Below are positions 37,654 through 49,692 of a stretch of DNA of 64,000 bases, piece by piece. The notes beneath the pieces are model-generated. The model was not told the origin of the DNA, ran no database searches, and saw nothing but the letters and a program-made list of their open reading frames with translations. A program made the position numbers and the translations under genes. Where the stretch lies: the NCBI GenBank assembly GCA_035221665.1, contig CM069173.1, positions 7,688,001-7,752,000 on the forward strand, read 5' to 3'. The stretch's first letter is position 1. Every line of letters starts with the position of its first letter. This DNA is from Okamejei kenojei. Its lineage: Eukaryota.

Positions 37654-38829
37654 ATTCTTGCTGCAACATTTAATTTAATGGGCGTTCCATTTTATTTCTG
37701 CTTCTAGCAGAGAACATAATGCCTCATTGCAGCTAACAGAGACATTCGGTTTTCAATAAAATTATTAACTATCCAACAGAAGCAGCCAAATATAGTGGGT
37801 CACATTCACACAAGTATGCATAACCAATTATATTTTTAATGGAAGCAGAATGTAACAAGCGTGTATCCATGAGAGGGCGACAAAATTAGTAAGTTCGCCT
37901 GTGTGGTATGCCAGAGATCCAGAATCGCTTTTCATTATTGACCCACCTCCATTGATGCAGTACAAACGCTGCAGCTGTGCCGAGGCGAAGGGCGGAATAA
38001 CTAAAGTCGGCGTGCCAGACTCATTGTTTAAATCCATATTAGTTTTGAGCGGATGCATCGTAAGCATCATTCAACGCTCTTATCGTAGGCATCACGGAAA
38101 GTATGGAGCTCAAAAGATTGCTTCTCAAGCTCGATTGCATCTCCTGTCCGGTTCCCCAGTAGGCGACTTGTTGGTTGTTTAGTTACCTGCAGAGAAGGAA
38201 TGGAGAATGCTCGAGTAGGCTTTCTATCAAATTGTAAACTGATAACAAATGCAATTTCGGTACAACATTGGTGATCTTTCAGCGGCTTATGCCAGTTTTG
38301 ACATTCATGGGCGTGGAAGAAAAAATAATATCCTTCTTTATTTGAATGAAATTGAATAAGGAAGGAAAGGACATTTGGATTTGACATTTGGCAGTTCTCG
38401 CTTGACCAGATGCAGAAGAAGTACGAGGGAATTGGCAAAGTAAGACTAGACGTACTAGCTTCAGTCTGGGAATGTGACGAATTGTGCATGGTAAATGCAA
38501 ACATGAAATGGGAGGAGATAACTAAGTTTGTTTACATTTCTGAGAAGTTACAGTGGATCCCCCGCGCCCCTACCGCTAGTAGCGTAAACACATTGCAGTA
38601 AATGGGAGCCTTATGATTGGCGCGAAATGGGGATGGTGACGTGAGTCGTTTGAACGATGAGATAGAATAATGTCAAGATGCCCTTGTATTGCGTTCGATT
38701 TTTATTAACCATTTGTTGTTGAACAAGATTAACAGAAGCGAACAGTATGTAATGGCTAATTAAATAATTGGTACCCATGTGGTGATATAGTGTTTTTGTA
38801 GAATAGTATTTAATAAAAGTAACCATATA

Positions 38830-38958
38830 ACAATTACAGCACGGAAACAGGCCCTCTCGGCCCTTCCAGTCCGTGCGACCATTTGTTTTCCCCTAGTCCC
38901 ATCTACCTGCACTCAGACCATACCCCTCCATTCCCTTCACGTCCATATACCTATCCAC
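38830..38958 (-). mobile_element. Short SINE/CR1 3'-tail fragment
   Basis: CAGCACGGAAACAGGCCCTCTCGGCCC...AGTCCGTGC...CTAGTCCCAT is the reverse complement of the tail shared by HE1 SINEs and CR1. Confidence 0.65.
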
Positions 38959-38959
38959 T

Positions 38960-41900
38960 ATATAAACAAAAGTTATTTACTTCACAGTATAACTGTTGGC
39001 TAATTCTGCTTTGAAGTCAGAAAACTGGTGAGAAGTTTACTGCAGCTATCGCTGCATGATATCATGCAATAAATTCTCTTGAAGCAAATCTGCGATGTGG
39101 GAGCTTTTTGTTTTTTCCTTTAATTTCCCCCTAAATTAATTTCTTCTACAGAATTTGGCGCAGTCGACAGGGTCCCAATTGTAACGGGTTTCGCACGAAT
39201 ATTGGGGGAAATAAAAGGGAATGATCAAATAGTCCTATCTGATAAGATGACGGGAGGGCTACCCAGAGAAGGTAGGGCCGCTGGGCAATCTAGCTTACTG
39301 GCCGCTGACTCACGCGGAGCCAAGATACCTATTAGGGTTAAGGAAGGATGTGGGGAATATTAATTTATTCACGCTGGGCGTAGTGGATGAAATGAAGCAG
39401 GTGCCGTAAAGAGCTCTGTAGAAATTGAATGGCGACTTCGAGATTTGCAGACGGAGTAAAACCCGTGCACGCAAACTGCGAATAGAATATTATAGAAACA
39501 TAGAAAATAAGTGCAGGAGCAGGCCATTCGGCTCTTCGAGCCTGCACCGGCATTCAATATGATCATGGCTGATCATCCAACTCAGTATCCTGTACCTGCC
39601 TTCTCTCCATACCTCCTGATCCATTTAGCCACAAGGGCCGCATCTAACTCCCTCTTAAAAATAGCCAACGAACTGGCCTCAACTACCTTCTGTGGCAGAG
39701 AATTCCACAGATTCACCACTCTCTGCGTGAAAGATGATTTTCTCATCTCAGTCCTAAAAGGCTTCCCCCTTATCCATAAACTGTGACCCCTTGTCCTGGA
39801 CTTCCCCAACATCGGGAACAATTTTCCTGCATCTGGCCTTTTGTAAGTGTCTATGAGATCCCCCCTCAATCTTCTAAATTCCAGCGAGTACAAGCCGAGT
39901 CTATCCAGTCTTTCTTCATATGGAATTCCTGCCATCCCATGAATCACTGGTGAACCTTCTCTGTACTCCCTCTATGGCAAGAATGTATTTCCTCAGATTA
40001 GGAGACCAAAACTGTACGCAATACTCCAGGTGTGGCCTCACCAAGACCCTGTACAACTACAGTAGAACCTCCCTGCACTTGTGCTCAAATACTTTTGCTG
40101 TGAATTATAAGACATTAGCCGCGAAAATCTAACTTTTGTTTTACAGACTTGAGAGAAGAAAATGGCAGGCAACAGTAGTCGATCGAAGAAATCTGGTCCC
40201 ACTGATAGAAGGAGGCTTGAGGAAAAGAAACAGGTGGTTCAGGAGGGAAAGATGCAGATAAGAAGGAACACCGCAAAGGTGATTAAAAAAAAGACCAAAA
40301 GACACCGGGAAAATGTAGGAGACCCCATTGTTCAACTGGGATCGGCAGAAAATGTGGAAATAAAAAAAGTTCGGAGATCGCCAATATCCAGTAAATCATT
40401 TTGGTAATCTAGCTGATCAATCACATTGAAATGTGCACGATTAGGAAAGTTATAAGCTATCTCTGTCCTACTCATCTCTTTAAAAAAAAATCGGTTGGCG
40501 AGATGGGAGCACAATTAATATTTGCATGGAGCAGCGGGCTCAGGGAAATGAGTTCCTCATTCACTGGTTGGCCCACAGAGTAAAGGAGGCTATAAAGGGG
40601 GGAGCGAGAAAACATAGTGATATAGGGGACGTGGTGCGATCCTTGCAACACAAAGATGACACGATCCCAGAGTTTATAACTCGATTAAAGAGTAAGTGGG
40701 AGGATCCCTAGCTGAAAATGGGACTCTAGATGTTCAGACTTTACTAAATTGTTTGCTGCCCCGACAGGTTCACGTTTTTGAATTGGTTAATCTAGAATGG
40801 CAAAATTAGTCGTGGGAGAATGTGATCACAGCGCTTGTGAACATGACAGAGGAAGGGGGCAATGGCAATTACAAGATAGAACACGAAGTACATGTTGGAG
40901 AGGTGGAAAGATAGAGCATTGGGATCGAGATTGCAGATGTTCCCCACAGCTGCAGCAAGTGAGCGCCCAACAGGGATGATGTCTAGCCCCTTACTGATAC
41001 TTTTATAATCTAGAGAACGGCCCTACTCCCGTTACTGGAAAGACACGCCCTGTGCAAGCTGGGAGCAGTCTTACACTGTACTGCAGAAGGTATGTTTATG
41101 GGACACCCTCTAATGCAGACACATCAATTGTTAAATTTAAATAAGGAGGAAGAACAAGGGCATAATATGCCCATTTTATTTTGTTGGCAATTAAGTAGCA
41201 ATCCGTACAGTAAATTGGTTAATCAAATCCATTGTGCTCTGCAACGAGTGCAGGATTCAAATGGCACGTGTTTACAGTATCCTGTTGACCCCAGCCAAGA
41301 AGATAAGCGAACGCATTGCACTGAATTATATACGTGCCTCCCTAATCCCGGATACCAGGAAAGGGTCTCCCCCTGGTTGAACTCGAAAAATTCACAGCGG
41401 CACCTTATTTTGTTTTTTGGGGTCCCGGGATTAGAATTGATGGTGCATCTCCCACAAAACGAAAGGGATCGATTTAAAATGGAAGGCACCTCTGAGTCAC
41501 ACTTCACTGTAACTACTAGACGTCCAGCAACAGCGAAATAAAAAGGAGAAATGATAAAAAGTCTGAAGGACAAAGAGTCAATTCATGTTTAAAAGTTGCC
41601 AATGACACAGAAGGAAAGATGACATGGGTCAGAAACGAATGGGACACTATTTTTGAAAGGCAGCAGCTGCCGACTGAGGATCCGCCAAGGCTACCAATAG
41701 CTTTGGTCCAAGTCCCCTCTGAACTATAAGCATCATGTGGTATGAGGGCATTCAGCCCCTGAACATAAAGTGACGTGAAAAAAGGGTACTAACTTGCCTT
41801 GTTCAAAACAATATCGACTGGCCCCGGAGGCTGAAGAAGGATAGCTATCGTTATTGTGACATTATTACAACAAGGAGTATTAGCGAAAATGCAAAGTCCG

Positions 41901-42235
41901 TGTAATACTCCTCCCAATCCCAAAATTGGGAACATGTAATGAATGGCGTTTTGTCTAAGGCCTGAGCGCTATTAAAAAAAAAGTGATCCCCATTGCTCTT
42001 TAGTACCTGACTCCAATATTATTCTGTCATCTATACGGGCAGATGCCGACACCTTTACAGTAATTGCCCTATGTTCAACCTTTTTTTCCATACCCCAGCA
42101 TAAAGACAGCCAGTTCCTGTTTGATGTTACAGACAAAGATCAACCCATACACCTGATTAGGCTAGTCCAGGGGTATACTGAAAGCCCAGTCGTATATGCA
42201 GTAGCAGTGAAAAACAGTGAAAATAGCAGCGACTT
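38960..42235 (+). mobile_element. Decayed class-I (epsilon/gamma-like) endogenous retrovirus: LTR end, PBS, gag, partial pol
   Basis: AATAAA, then ...TACA (39150) and a PBS-like TGGCGCAGTCGACAGG (39156). Degenerate zinc knuckle CWRGGKIEHWDRDC (40893-40934) with TGA at 40977. Protease tail (P-LL..DALCKLGAVLHC-like). RT N-half QYRL, SPCNTP, WRFV, FTVIALCSTFFSIP.HKDSQFLF, QGYTESP, truncated before YxDD. Confidence 0.8.
39493..40103 (-). mobile_element. CR1 3' fragment inserted in the ERV gag
   Basis: ORF 39582-39947: [23 protein letters not shown]...TRGH..TQRVVNLWNSLP; (TTTCTATG) tail. Confidence 0.93.
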
Positions 42236-42454
42236 TAGTCCAGCTGTTCCTCCGATTTAAATCGAAATTAAATCGAATTTTGGTGCGCATTCACTCTCTT
42301 GATTTTAATCTCCTTTCCTCTTCTCATCTGTAGCTAATAATTAAAATTGAAGCTGTGCAATAAATTTATTATGTCATATGCCGCGGTTTATACTTTTGTA
42401 CACTGCTTGTATAAAAATGTATTTAAAAAAACCCCAAAGTTGTTTTGGGGGTTT

Positions 42455-42700
42455 TTGTTGGTGGCTGTAACCGCTTTGAAATGCTGCACTGAAAAAATGG
42501 CGGTTGTTTGTGGTGGTAACCGATTTGAAATGCTGCACTGCAAAAAATTGTGGTTGTTGGTGGTGGTAACGGCTTTGAAATGCTGCACTGCCAAAATGGT
42601 GGTTGTTGATGGCGGTAACCGCTTTGAAATGCTGCACTGCAAAAATGGTGGGTGTTGATGGCGGTAACCGCTTTGAATTGCTGAACTGCAAAAATGGTTG
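42455..42700. repeat. Minisatellite, ~49-bp unit x5
   Basis: GTAACCGCTTTGAAATGCTGCACTGCAAAAATGGTGGTTGTTGATGGCG at ~42467, 42516, 42566, 42615 and 42665. Confidence 0.92.
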
Positions 42701-45700
42701 TTCCTAGCAGTACACATTTACTTCGGCATTGCACAGTACTAGTATCACCCCAGTTCCACACTGTCAGCCAGCTTTGTGCGCCTTTAATGCAGAATAATAC
42801 CGCACCAGTTCGAGCAATAATGTTCTGCAAATTCATGCGATGGGTTGGGCAAGAGAGACGTTCAACGTTTTCCCAAGGATTTTCTACCATCAACAGGGCA
42901 CACCTAATCTTCGTGACTTAATATTTTTCACTTGCCTGAATGACCACATGTCCAACAACGCTCAGAGCCTGGTAGCATCCTGACGCGAGATGGGTGTCCA
43001 ACACCAAACGATTTCACCCTAAACATTAAACGCCCCCATCGCCCACAGTGGCACCAGTGTGCGCAAACACCGAAATGCATCTATTTTACTTGTCCATGTT
43101 ATGCCATTAACACCACTCACATGCCCGAGCCATATCGCCAAGAAGGTCGACGACAACAGTTCAGAAATACTTTTTATTTTCCTCTAAAAGGTACAGTACA
43201 ATTCTAACATGGAAAATATATTGCCAGACCACATCTTTCCAGGAACACGGTCCATGATATTCATCAACAATTATCTGTCAACGTACGTAACCACCGCAAT
43301 CTCAGCACAGCAAGGATAAACGACGATGGGGATTTTACTTCGGAGTCACGTGAGTGACTACGTGAAGACCCCGTCCAGCACGCATGCGCGACATTAGCGT
43401 TCATGCAGTGCACCCGCGACGAACGGGAGTTCAAGGCGCTCCCGCTACAAATTGAAAAGTTTTACCGTGGCCGTGTGTCTTTTTCTCTGTGGTCTGCTTG
43501 TTTTCCAGAAAGAATGAGCAAGACCAGAGGAAAGAAGTCTGCAGCTCGCCCCCGTTCGTCCTCCGTTGAGGAATGCTCTTTGGAGGGGGGGGCAAGAGGC
43601 GGCGGGTATAACTACCTAGCCGAGCCCAGCACCGCTCGTGCTGCCTGAGCAGCGGTCTGGAGGTACCTGCAGCCAGAACCGGGCGGTAGTGTCCGACGAT
43701 TCGGGTGAAGATGCCACACCGCTCGAGAGCGACACAGGCAGCCGCCTAAGCCGCTTGGAACGGCTTATGGAGCAATTGCTCCAGCGAGATCTGCTGAGAG
43801 AGCAGCAGCAGACTCGCCAAGGGAGTTCAGGCACTCCCGCAGTGCCCTTTACGGCACTGGCCATTGCTTCACCTTCTTTTGAAGGCAGCATTGGAGACCA
43901 GGTCTGGGCTGGTCAAGAAGAGGGGTCACTGGCTGAAGATATCGGGAGTACGCAGGGTGTACAGGATCAGGAAGAGCTGCTGGGTGTGGTCAACCGCTAC
44001 GTGGCCATTCCACAAGCGAGTCGGCCATTAGAAGCCGAAACTTGCAGCCAGCATTAACCACCTGTCCTCAAAACCCCTACAAGAACAGGTGGTCAATGAG
44101 GCTCTTGAACTATATACAGCCCCAGTAAATTGTACATCATTGAATGTACCCGCTGTAAACAGCCAAATTTGGGGACATTTGGGGCAGAACATCAGGAACC
44201 TGGAGTTGAAGCTCCAGAAAATCCTTAAACTCCTGACTGCAGGAATAACATTTAATGCTCGGTCCATTGATGGTGCGGACATCTCCACAAATCAGCAAGA
44301 CACATTAGCTCTGCTGTGCACCACTCAATATGAAATAAACAATTTACGGAAGGAAATTATCAAGCCTGCCCTCAACCCTAAATTTGCGGGACTTTGCAAA
44401 ACACCGGGTTCAGAACCTCCTATTCTGCTCTTTGGGAAAGACCTTCCAAAAAAGGTGAAAGACCTAGAGGAAGAATCCAAGACTTTGGTCTCGTGAGGGC
44501 AGATTTGGGACCGAGCAGACCTAACAAACCCAGGCGGCAGTACCCCATGGCGTCCACCAGTCGTCGACCACACATGGGACTGGTGAAAGCTCGGGGTCCG
44601 CAACCATTCCCTGTAAGCCTTTTATAGGCCTGGGCCCAGAGCGGACCCCATGGAAAATGCGCCACCCCCAACAACATCAACATCAATATCAACCCTCTAC
44701 AGCCCAGCAGACGCCTCATCGCCCAGCGAAGAGGCAGAAGAAGCACCAATAACCATGGGAGGTAGGTGGGTCTGGTTCCTCTCAGCATATGAGCAGTAGG
44801 GGCTCTATACTAACAGGGGGGAGATTGCACTTGTTTTTGGATGCATGGGAATCCATCACTAATGACAAGTATATTCTCAGCGGCGTTCATGGCTACAAAA
44901 TTGACTTTGTTCATGAAAACATTCCGCCAGTTCAGCATATACCCAAAAGGGTATTCACCCTCTCAGTCAAAGAGAAACAAGAGGGTCAAGCTGAAATGAT
45001 GAGGGTTACAAGCAAAAGGTGTCATTGAAAGAACAAAACATGAACCTTTGGAATTTGTGTCTAATATTTTCACTAAAATCAAAAAAGATGGTGGACGTCG
45101 TATCATCATTGACTTAACTACTTTAAACAAGTCTGTCAGGTATACACATTTCAAGATGGATACTTTTGAAACAGCCAGACTATTGGTTTCCAGAGGGTAC
45201 TTTCTAGCAAGCATTGATTTAAAAGATGCCTACTCAAACCCATACACAAGGAGCATCGTAAATACTTAAAATTTATCTGGATGAAACAGCTATGGCAATT
45301 TAAAACCTAACCTAATGGGCTAACGTCCGCTCCAAGGCTGTTCACTAAAATCTTAAAACCTGCCTTGGCATTATAGAGGAAACAAAAGCATTATGTCATG
45401 GCGTATTTAGACGACATTTTAATAGTATGGAAAACCTTGGAGACAGCCATTTTTGGCAGTAGCAGCCACCAAACGTTTGTTTGAAAACTTTGGGGTTTGT
45501 CATACATCCAGATAAATCCAATTTTACACCGTCCACTGCCATGGACTATCTTGGATTTACGATTGATACTGTTCGCATGATTGTAACTCTGCCGAAGGGG
45601 GAAAGCATCAGAATTGGCACTATCATGCAACAAACTCATGAATAAACATCAGCCAACCATACGGGAGGTAGCTAGAGTTATTGGCAAAATGGTAGCAGCT

Positions 45701-46179
45701 TTTGCAGCTGTACAATTTGGGCCTTTGCACTATCAAAATTTGCAAAGAGCAAAAGTGCATGCACTAAAGCAAAACTCAGGTCACTTCGACCGAGCTATGA
45801 GTTTAACTGCTGAATCCATTCCAGAGTTACAATGGTGGGCAAGGAACGTAAGGCTCAGCTTCAGTCCCATAATAATCACCAACCCAGTATTAACCATTCA
45901 AACGGATGCCAGTGCTTTGGGCTGGGGAGCAACTAACATGCAATCCAGCACAGGGGGCAGATGGACTAAATTTGAATCATCTTGCCTACAGACACGGGGT
46001 ATCAACTACTTAGAAATGTTGGGTGCGTTTTATGGGTTAAAAGCATATTCATCTAATACGCATCATGCACATGTCCGGTTGCAATTAGATAATACCACGG
46101 TGGTGGCTTATATCAACCACATGGGTGGTGTAAAGTCGATATCATGTGACAATTTTGGCCAACCTAATCTGGCAATGGT

Positions 46180-46692
46180 GTGTTTAAAAGACATATTTGG
46201 TTATCAGCAACTTACCTACCAGGTAAGCAAAATACAGTGGCAGACACCAGGTCACGCAGATTCAATGATAACATCGAATGGATGTTAAATCCCAAAATAT
46301 TTGCTGAAATTACAATGCAATATGGCACACCAGATATCGATCTCTTTGCATCCAGGCTGAATCACCAGGTACCAACGTATGTCGCTTGTGAACCAGACCC
46401 TGAGGCAGCAGCAGTTGATGCATTCTCGCTGCATTGGGGGAAAATGTTCTTTTATGCTTTTCCTCCCTTCTGCCTCATCAGTCGGGTATTACGCAAGATT
46501 CAATTGGATTCCGTTTCAGGAATCTTGATAATACCCGTCTGGCCTCCACAGCCATGGTTCCCAGTGGCCTTCGACATGGCTGTTGAAACACCGTTGGAAT
46601 TCCCCAGCAGTCGAGAGTTATTAATCCACCCAGTGTCAGGCATTAGTCACCCGTGCCATGACAGAGTGAATCTCCTGGCATGCAGATTCTAA
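46180..46692 (+). CDS. DIRS RNase H end plus Dam-like methyltransferase domain (open segment)
   Basis: YLPGKQNTVADTRSR, EWMLNP, IDLFASRLNHQ, DAFSLHW, YAFPPF, ILIIPVWPPQPWFP. Confidence 0.85.
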   Translation: MFKRHIWLSATYLPGKQNTVADTRSRRFNDNIEWMLNPKIFAEITMQYGTPDIDLFASRLNHQVPTYVACEPDPEAAAVDAFSLHWGKMFFYAFPPFCLISRVLRKIQLDSVSGILIIPVWPPQPWFPVAFDMAVETPLEFPSSRELLIHPVSGISHPCHDRVNLLACRF

Positions 46693-47662
46693 AAAGACCT
46701 CTACTGGGCCTGGGACTGTCTGAGGACGCCATCAACATGATGACCGCATCCCACCGGAGTCCACCAGGAGACAATACCTGACCAACATAAGAAAATGGGA
46801 ACGGTATTGCTCCAAAACAGGAACTACCTACACTACAGCTATAGCCACCAGTGTTGTGGAGTTTCTGGTTGGATTACATCGGGAAGGACTCAGCTACAGC
46901 GCCATTAATACAGCCAAGGTGTGCGTTGTCAGCTTATTTGGTTCCAGCAGCAGGACAATGACTTTGGGGTCCCATCCACATAGTGGTCAAAATCATGAGG
47001 GGCATTTTTAACACCAATTCCCCTAGGCCTAGGTACACTCAGATCTGGGATGTCAGCATTGTACTGACGTACCTTAGGGTATGGTCACCACCCAGATCAC
47101 TCAGCTGGAACAACTTACACTGAAATCAGTCCTGCTCATGGCACTAGTGTCAGCTCAAAGGGTACAGTCCCTCCACCTTCTGAGGCTGGACAGCATGACA
47201 GAGTCATTGGACTGTATCACATTTCACATTCAGGGACTGGTCAAACAAACTAGACCAGGTACCACGCCTCCAGTAATGGAGTTCCGGGACATATTCACCT
47301 GACCCACGGTTGTGTGCCAAGACCCATCTCGCCAATTGCATAGACACAACATATAACTTAAGAGGGAGAGAAAAAGCCTTATGGATAAGCCCACAAGAAG
47401 CCTCGTGGTCAGGTGACGAGCCCAAACCATTTCAAGATGGCTCAAGCAGGTGCTTAAGTCCGCGGGAGTCGATACTAATGTTTACAAATCTCATCCCACC
47501 AGGGCTGCATCTACGTCGGCGGCTAAGGCGAATGGATGTGCCTATGGACCATATTCTGGCCAGAGCAGGATGGTCCCTCGGAGAGAACTTTCCAAAGGTT
47601 TTATAATACGCCGTTGGCGGAACCTGTACATTTGCAGACAGAATTTTAGAGTCTGCAGCTAA
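46690..47662 (+). pseudogene. DIRS tyrosine recombinase, frameshifted
   Basis: LTLKSVLLMALVSAQRVQSL (box I Arg), KQTRPG, YKSHPTRAASTS (HxxR box II), ILARAGWS. Confidence 0.88.
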
Positions 47663-48655
47663 TATTATTTAAGCCGGGGGAGCTCTCTGTTTTTTGTTAT
47701 CATTAATAAACCTTTATTGTTCACAAACAGGTTATTGTTGATTGGTATAACATGCTTCCTCCCTCTAAGGTCTTCAGGCAGTGAGTGAAGCATGAGCTGG
47801 GTTCACGGTTTCGGATTCACAGAGCTTTGAAGTCTTCACGTAGTCACTCACGTGACTCCGAAGTAAAATTAGTAAGATTAAATGAGAACTTGCCAGTTCG
47901 AAGTTTGATCTGTATTTTATGAGGAGTTTAGCGATGAGGGATTACGTGCCCTCGCTCCCACCCTCTATTATACAGATCAACTGGTAATTAAGTTATTATT
48001 TTTTCTTTACTATATTTATTTCAATTGTTGTGTTTTTCTGTGAATCCACACCGCTGCTTTGAAGAAATGTCGCGCATGCGTGCTGGACGGGGTCTTCACG
48101 TAATCCCTCATCGTAACTCCTCATAAAATACAGATCAAACTTCGAACTGGCCAAGTTCTATAATCTTACTATTAAATTGCAAACATTGGAAACTGGAAAA
48201 AAAAAAAAACAGAAAATGCTGTAAACACGACAGCAGGCCAGGCAGCATACAAGAAAAGAGAGAATGTAGAAACGAGGGATCTGCAGATGATGGTTTACAC
48301 AAAAAAATGAAGAACGGTCCCGTGGGAAATCTACGCTTGTTTTCCAGAGATGCTGCCTGACCGGCTGACTTATTCCAGTACTTCACATCATTTCTCGTTC
48401 GAAAGGAAATATTCTAACTTTCAGACGCCGATGTGTTGCCCATGTAAGCCTATTTTATCGGTTTCAGTTTCATGGTCAGATTGCTAAAACGATGATGCAT
48501 TTTCTTAATTTTACATTTCATTTTATATTTGGTGATCTCAACTGTTAACTCACGGGAAAATGAAAATCAAGGCAAAGTGTAAATTCAGAGACGAAAGCAG
48601 GCCCTGTCACAGGTGTTACTGAGTTTTTCATTGAACCGAATTCTGACCCGATATC

Positions 48656-48757
48656 AGTTTAGTTTAGTTTAGTTTAGTTTAGTTTTAGGTTTGGTTTAGT
48701 TTAGTTTAGTTTAGTTAGTGTAGGTTAGGTAAATTTATTTTAGTTTAGCTTAGTTTT
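48656..48757. repeat. (GTTTA)n microsatellite
   Basis: Direct reading. Confidence 0.95.
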
Positions 48758-48769
48758 TGACACAAATGA

Positions 48770-49690
48770 CCACAATGACACAAAGCTGGGTGGCAGTGTG
48801 AACTGTGAAGAGGATGTTTGAGGTTGCAGGGGGACTGGACAGGTTGAGTGAGTAGGCAGATGCGTGGCAAATGCAGTATAATATAGACAAAATGTGAGGT
48901 TATCCCACTTTGCTGGCAAAAAACAAGGGGGCAGATTATTATCTCAATGGGGTTAGGTTAGGTTAGGTAAGGGGGAGTACAGCGAGGACTGGGTGTCCTT
49001 GTACACTGGTCACTGAAAGTTGGCGTGCAGGTACAGCAGGCCGTAAAGAAAGCTAATGGAATGTTGGCCTTCATAACAAGAGGATTTCAGTACATGAGTA
49101 AAGATGTTCTTCTGCAGTTGTGTAGGGCCCTGGTGAGACCACATCTGGAGTTATTGTGTACAGTTTTGGTCTCCTAATTTGAGGAAGGACATCCTTGTGA
49201 TTGAGGCAGTGCAGCGTAGGTTCAGGGAAATTGTTCCCTGGGATGGCGGGACTGTCATATGAGGAACGATTGAAAACACTAGGCTTGTATTCACTGGAGA
49301 TTAGAAGGATGAGGGGGACCTTTTACAAACATATAAAATATATAAAAGGGACTGGACGTTTCCAATGTTCGGTGAGTCCAGAAACAGGGGGCGACACCAG
49401 TCTTAGAATAAAGAGGAGGTCATTTAAGACTGAGGTGAGACAAAAACCTTTTTACCAGAGAGTTGTGAATTTCTGGAATTCCCTGCCACAGAGGGCAAGT
49501 GGAGGCCAAATTACTCGATGGATTTAAGAGAGAGTTGGATAGAACTCTAGGGGCTAGTGGAGAGTCAAGGAGTATGGGAGAAGGCAGGCACGGGTTATTG
49601 ATAGCTGACGATCAGCCATGATCACAATGAATGGCGGTGCTGGTTCGAAGGGCCGAATGGCCTCCTCCTGCCCCTATTTTATATGTTTTA
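48770..49690 (+). mobile_element. CR1 3' fragment
   Basis: DDTKLGG onward, YEERLKTLGLYSLE, QRVVNFWNSLPQ, and the CR1 3' UTR. Confidence 0.9.
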
Positions 49691-49692
49691 GA

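Larger units (their letters stand above)
43332..48172 (+). mobile_element. Structurally complete DIRS1-like retrotransposon (copy B)
   Basis: Left ITR 43332-43395; right ITR AATGTCGCGCATGCGTGCTGGACGGGGTCTTCACGTA (~48066-48102) plus an extension to ~48172; ICR 47832-47948 complementary to both ends. Gag-like 43514-44750, RT/RNH 44789-46270, MT 46270-46692, YR ~46690-47660. Confidence 0.96.

Noticed and set aside
42455-42700. CRISPR-like repeat array
   Set aside because: The intervening segments are similar to each other rather than unique spacers, there are no cas genes, and the context is vertebrate.
46180-47662. Prophage or bacterial contamination (Dam-like MTase plus integrase)
   Set aside because: These are standard DIRS domains, contiguous with RT/RNase H inside DIRS termini.
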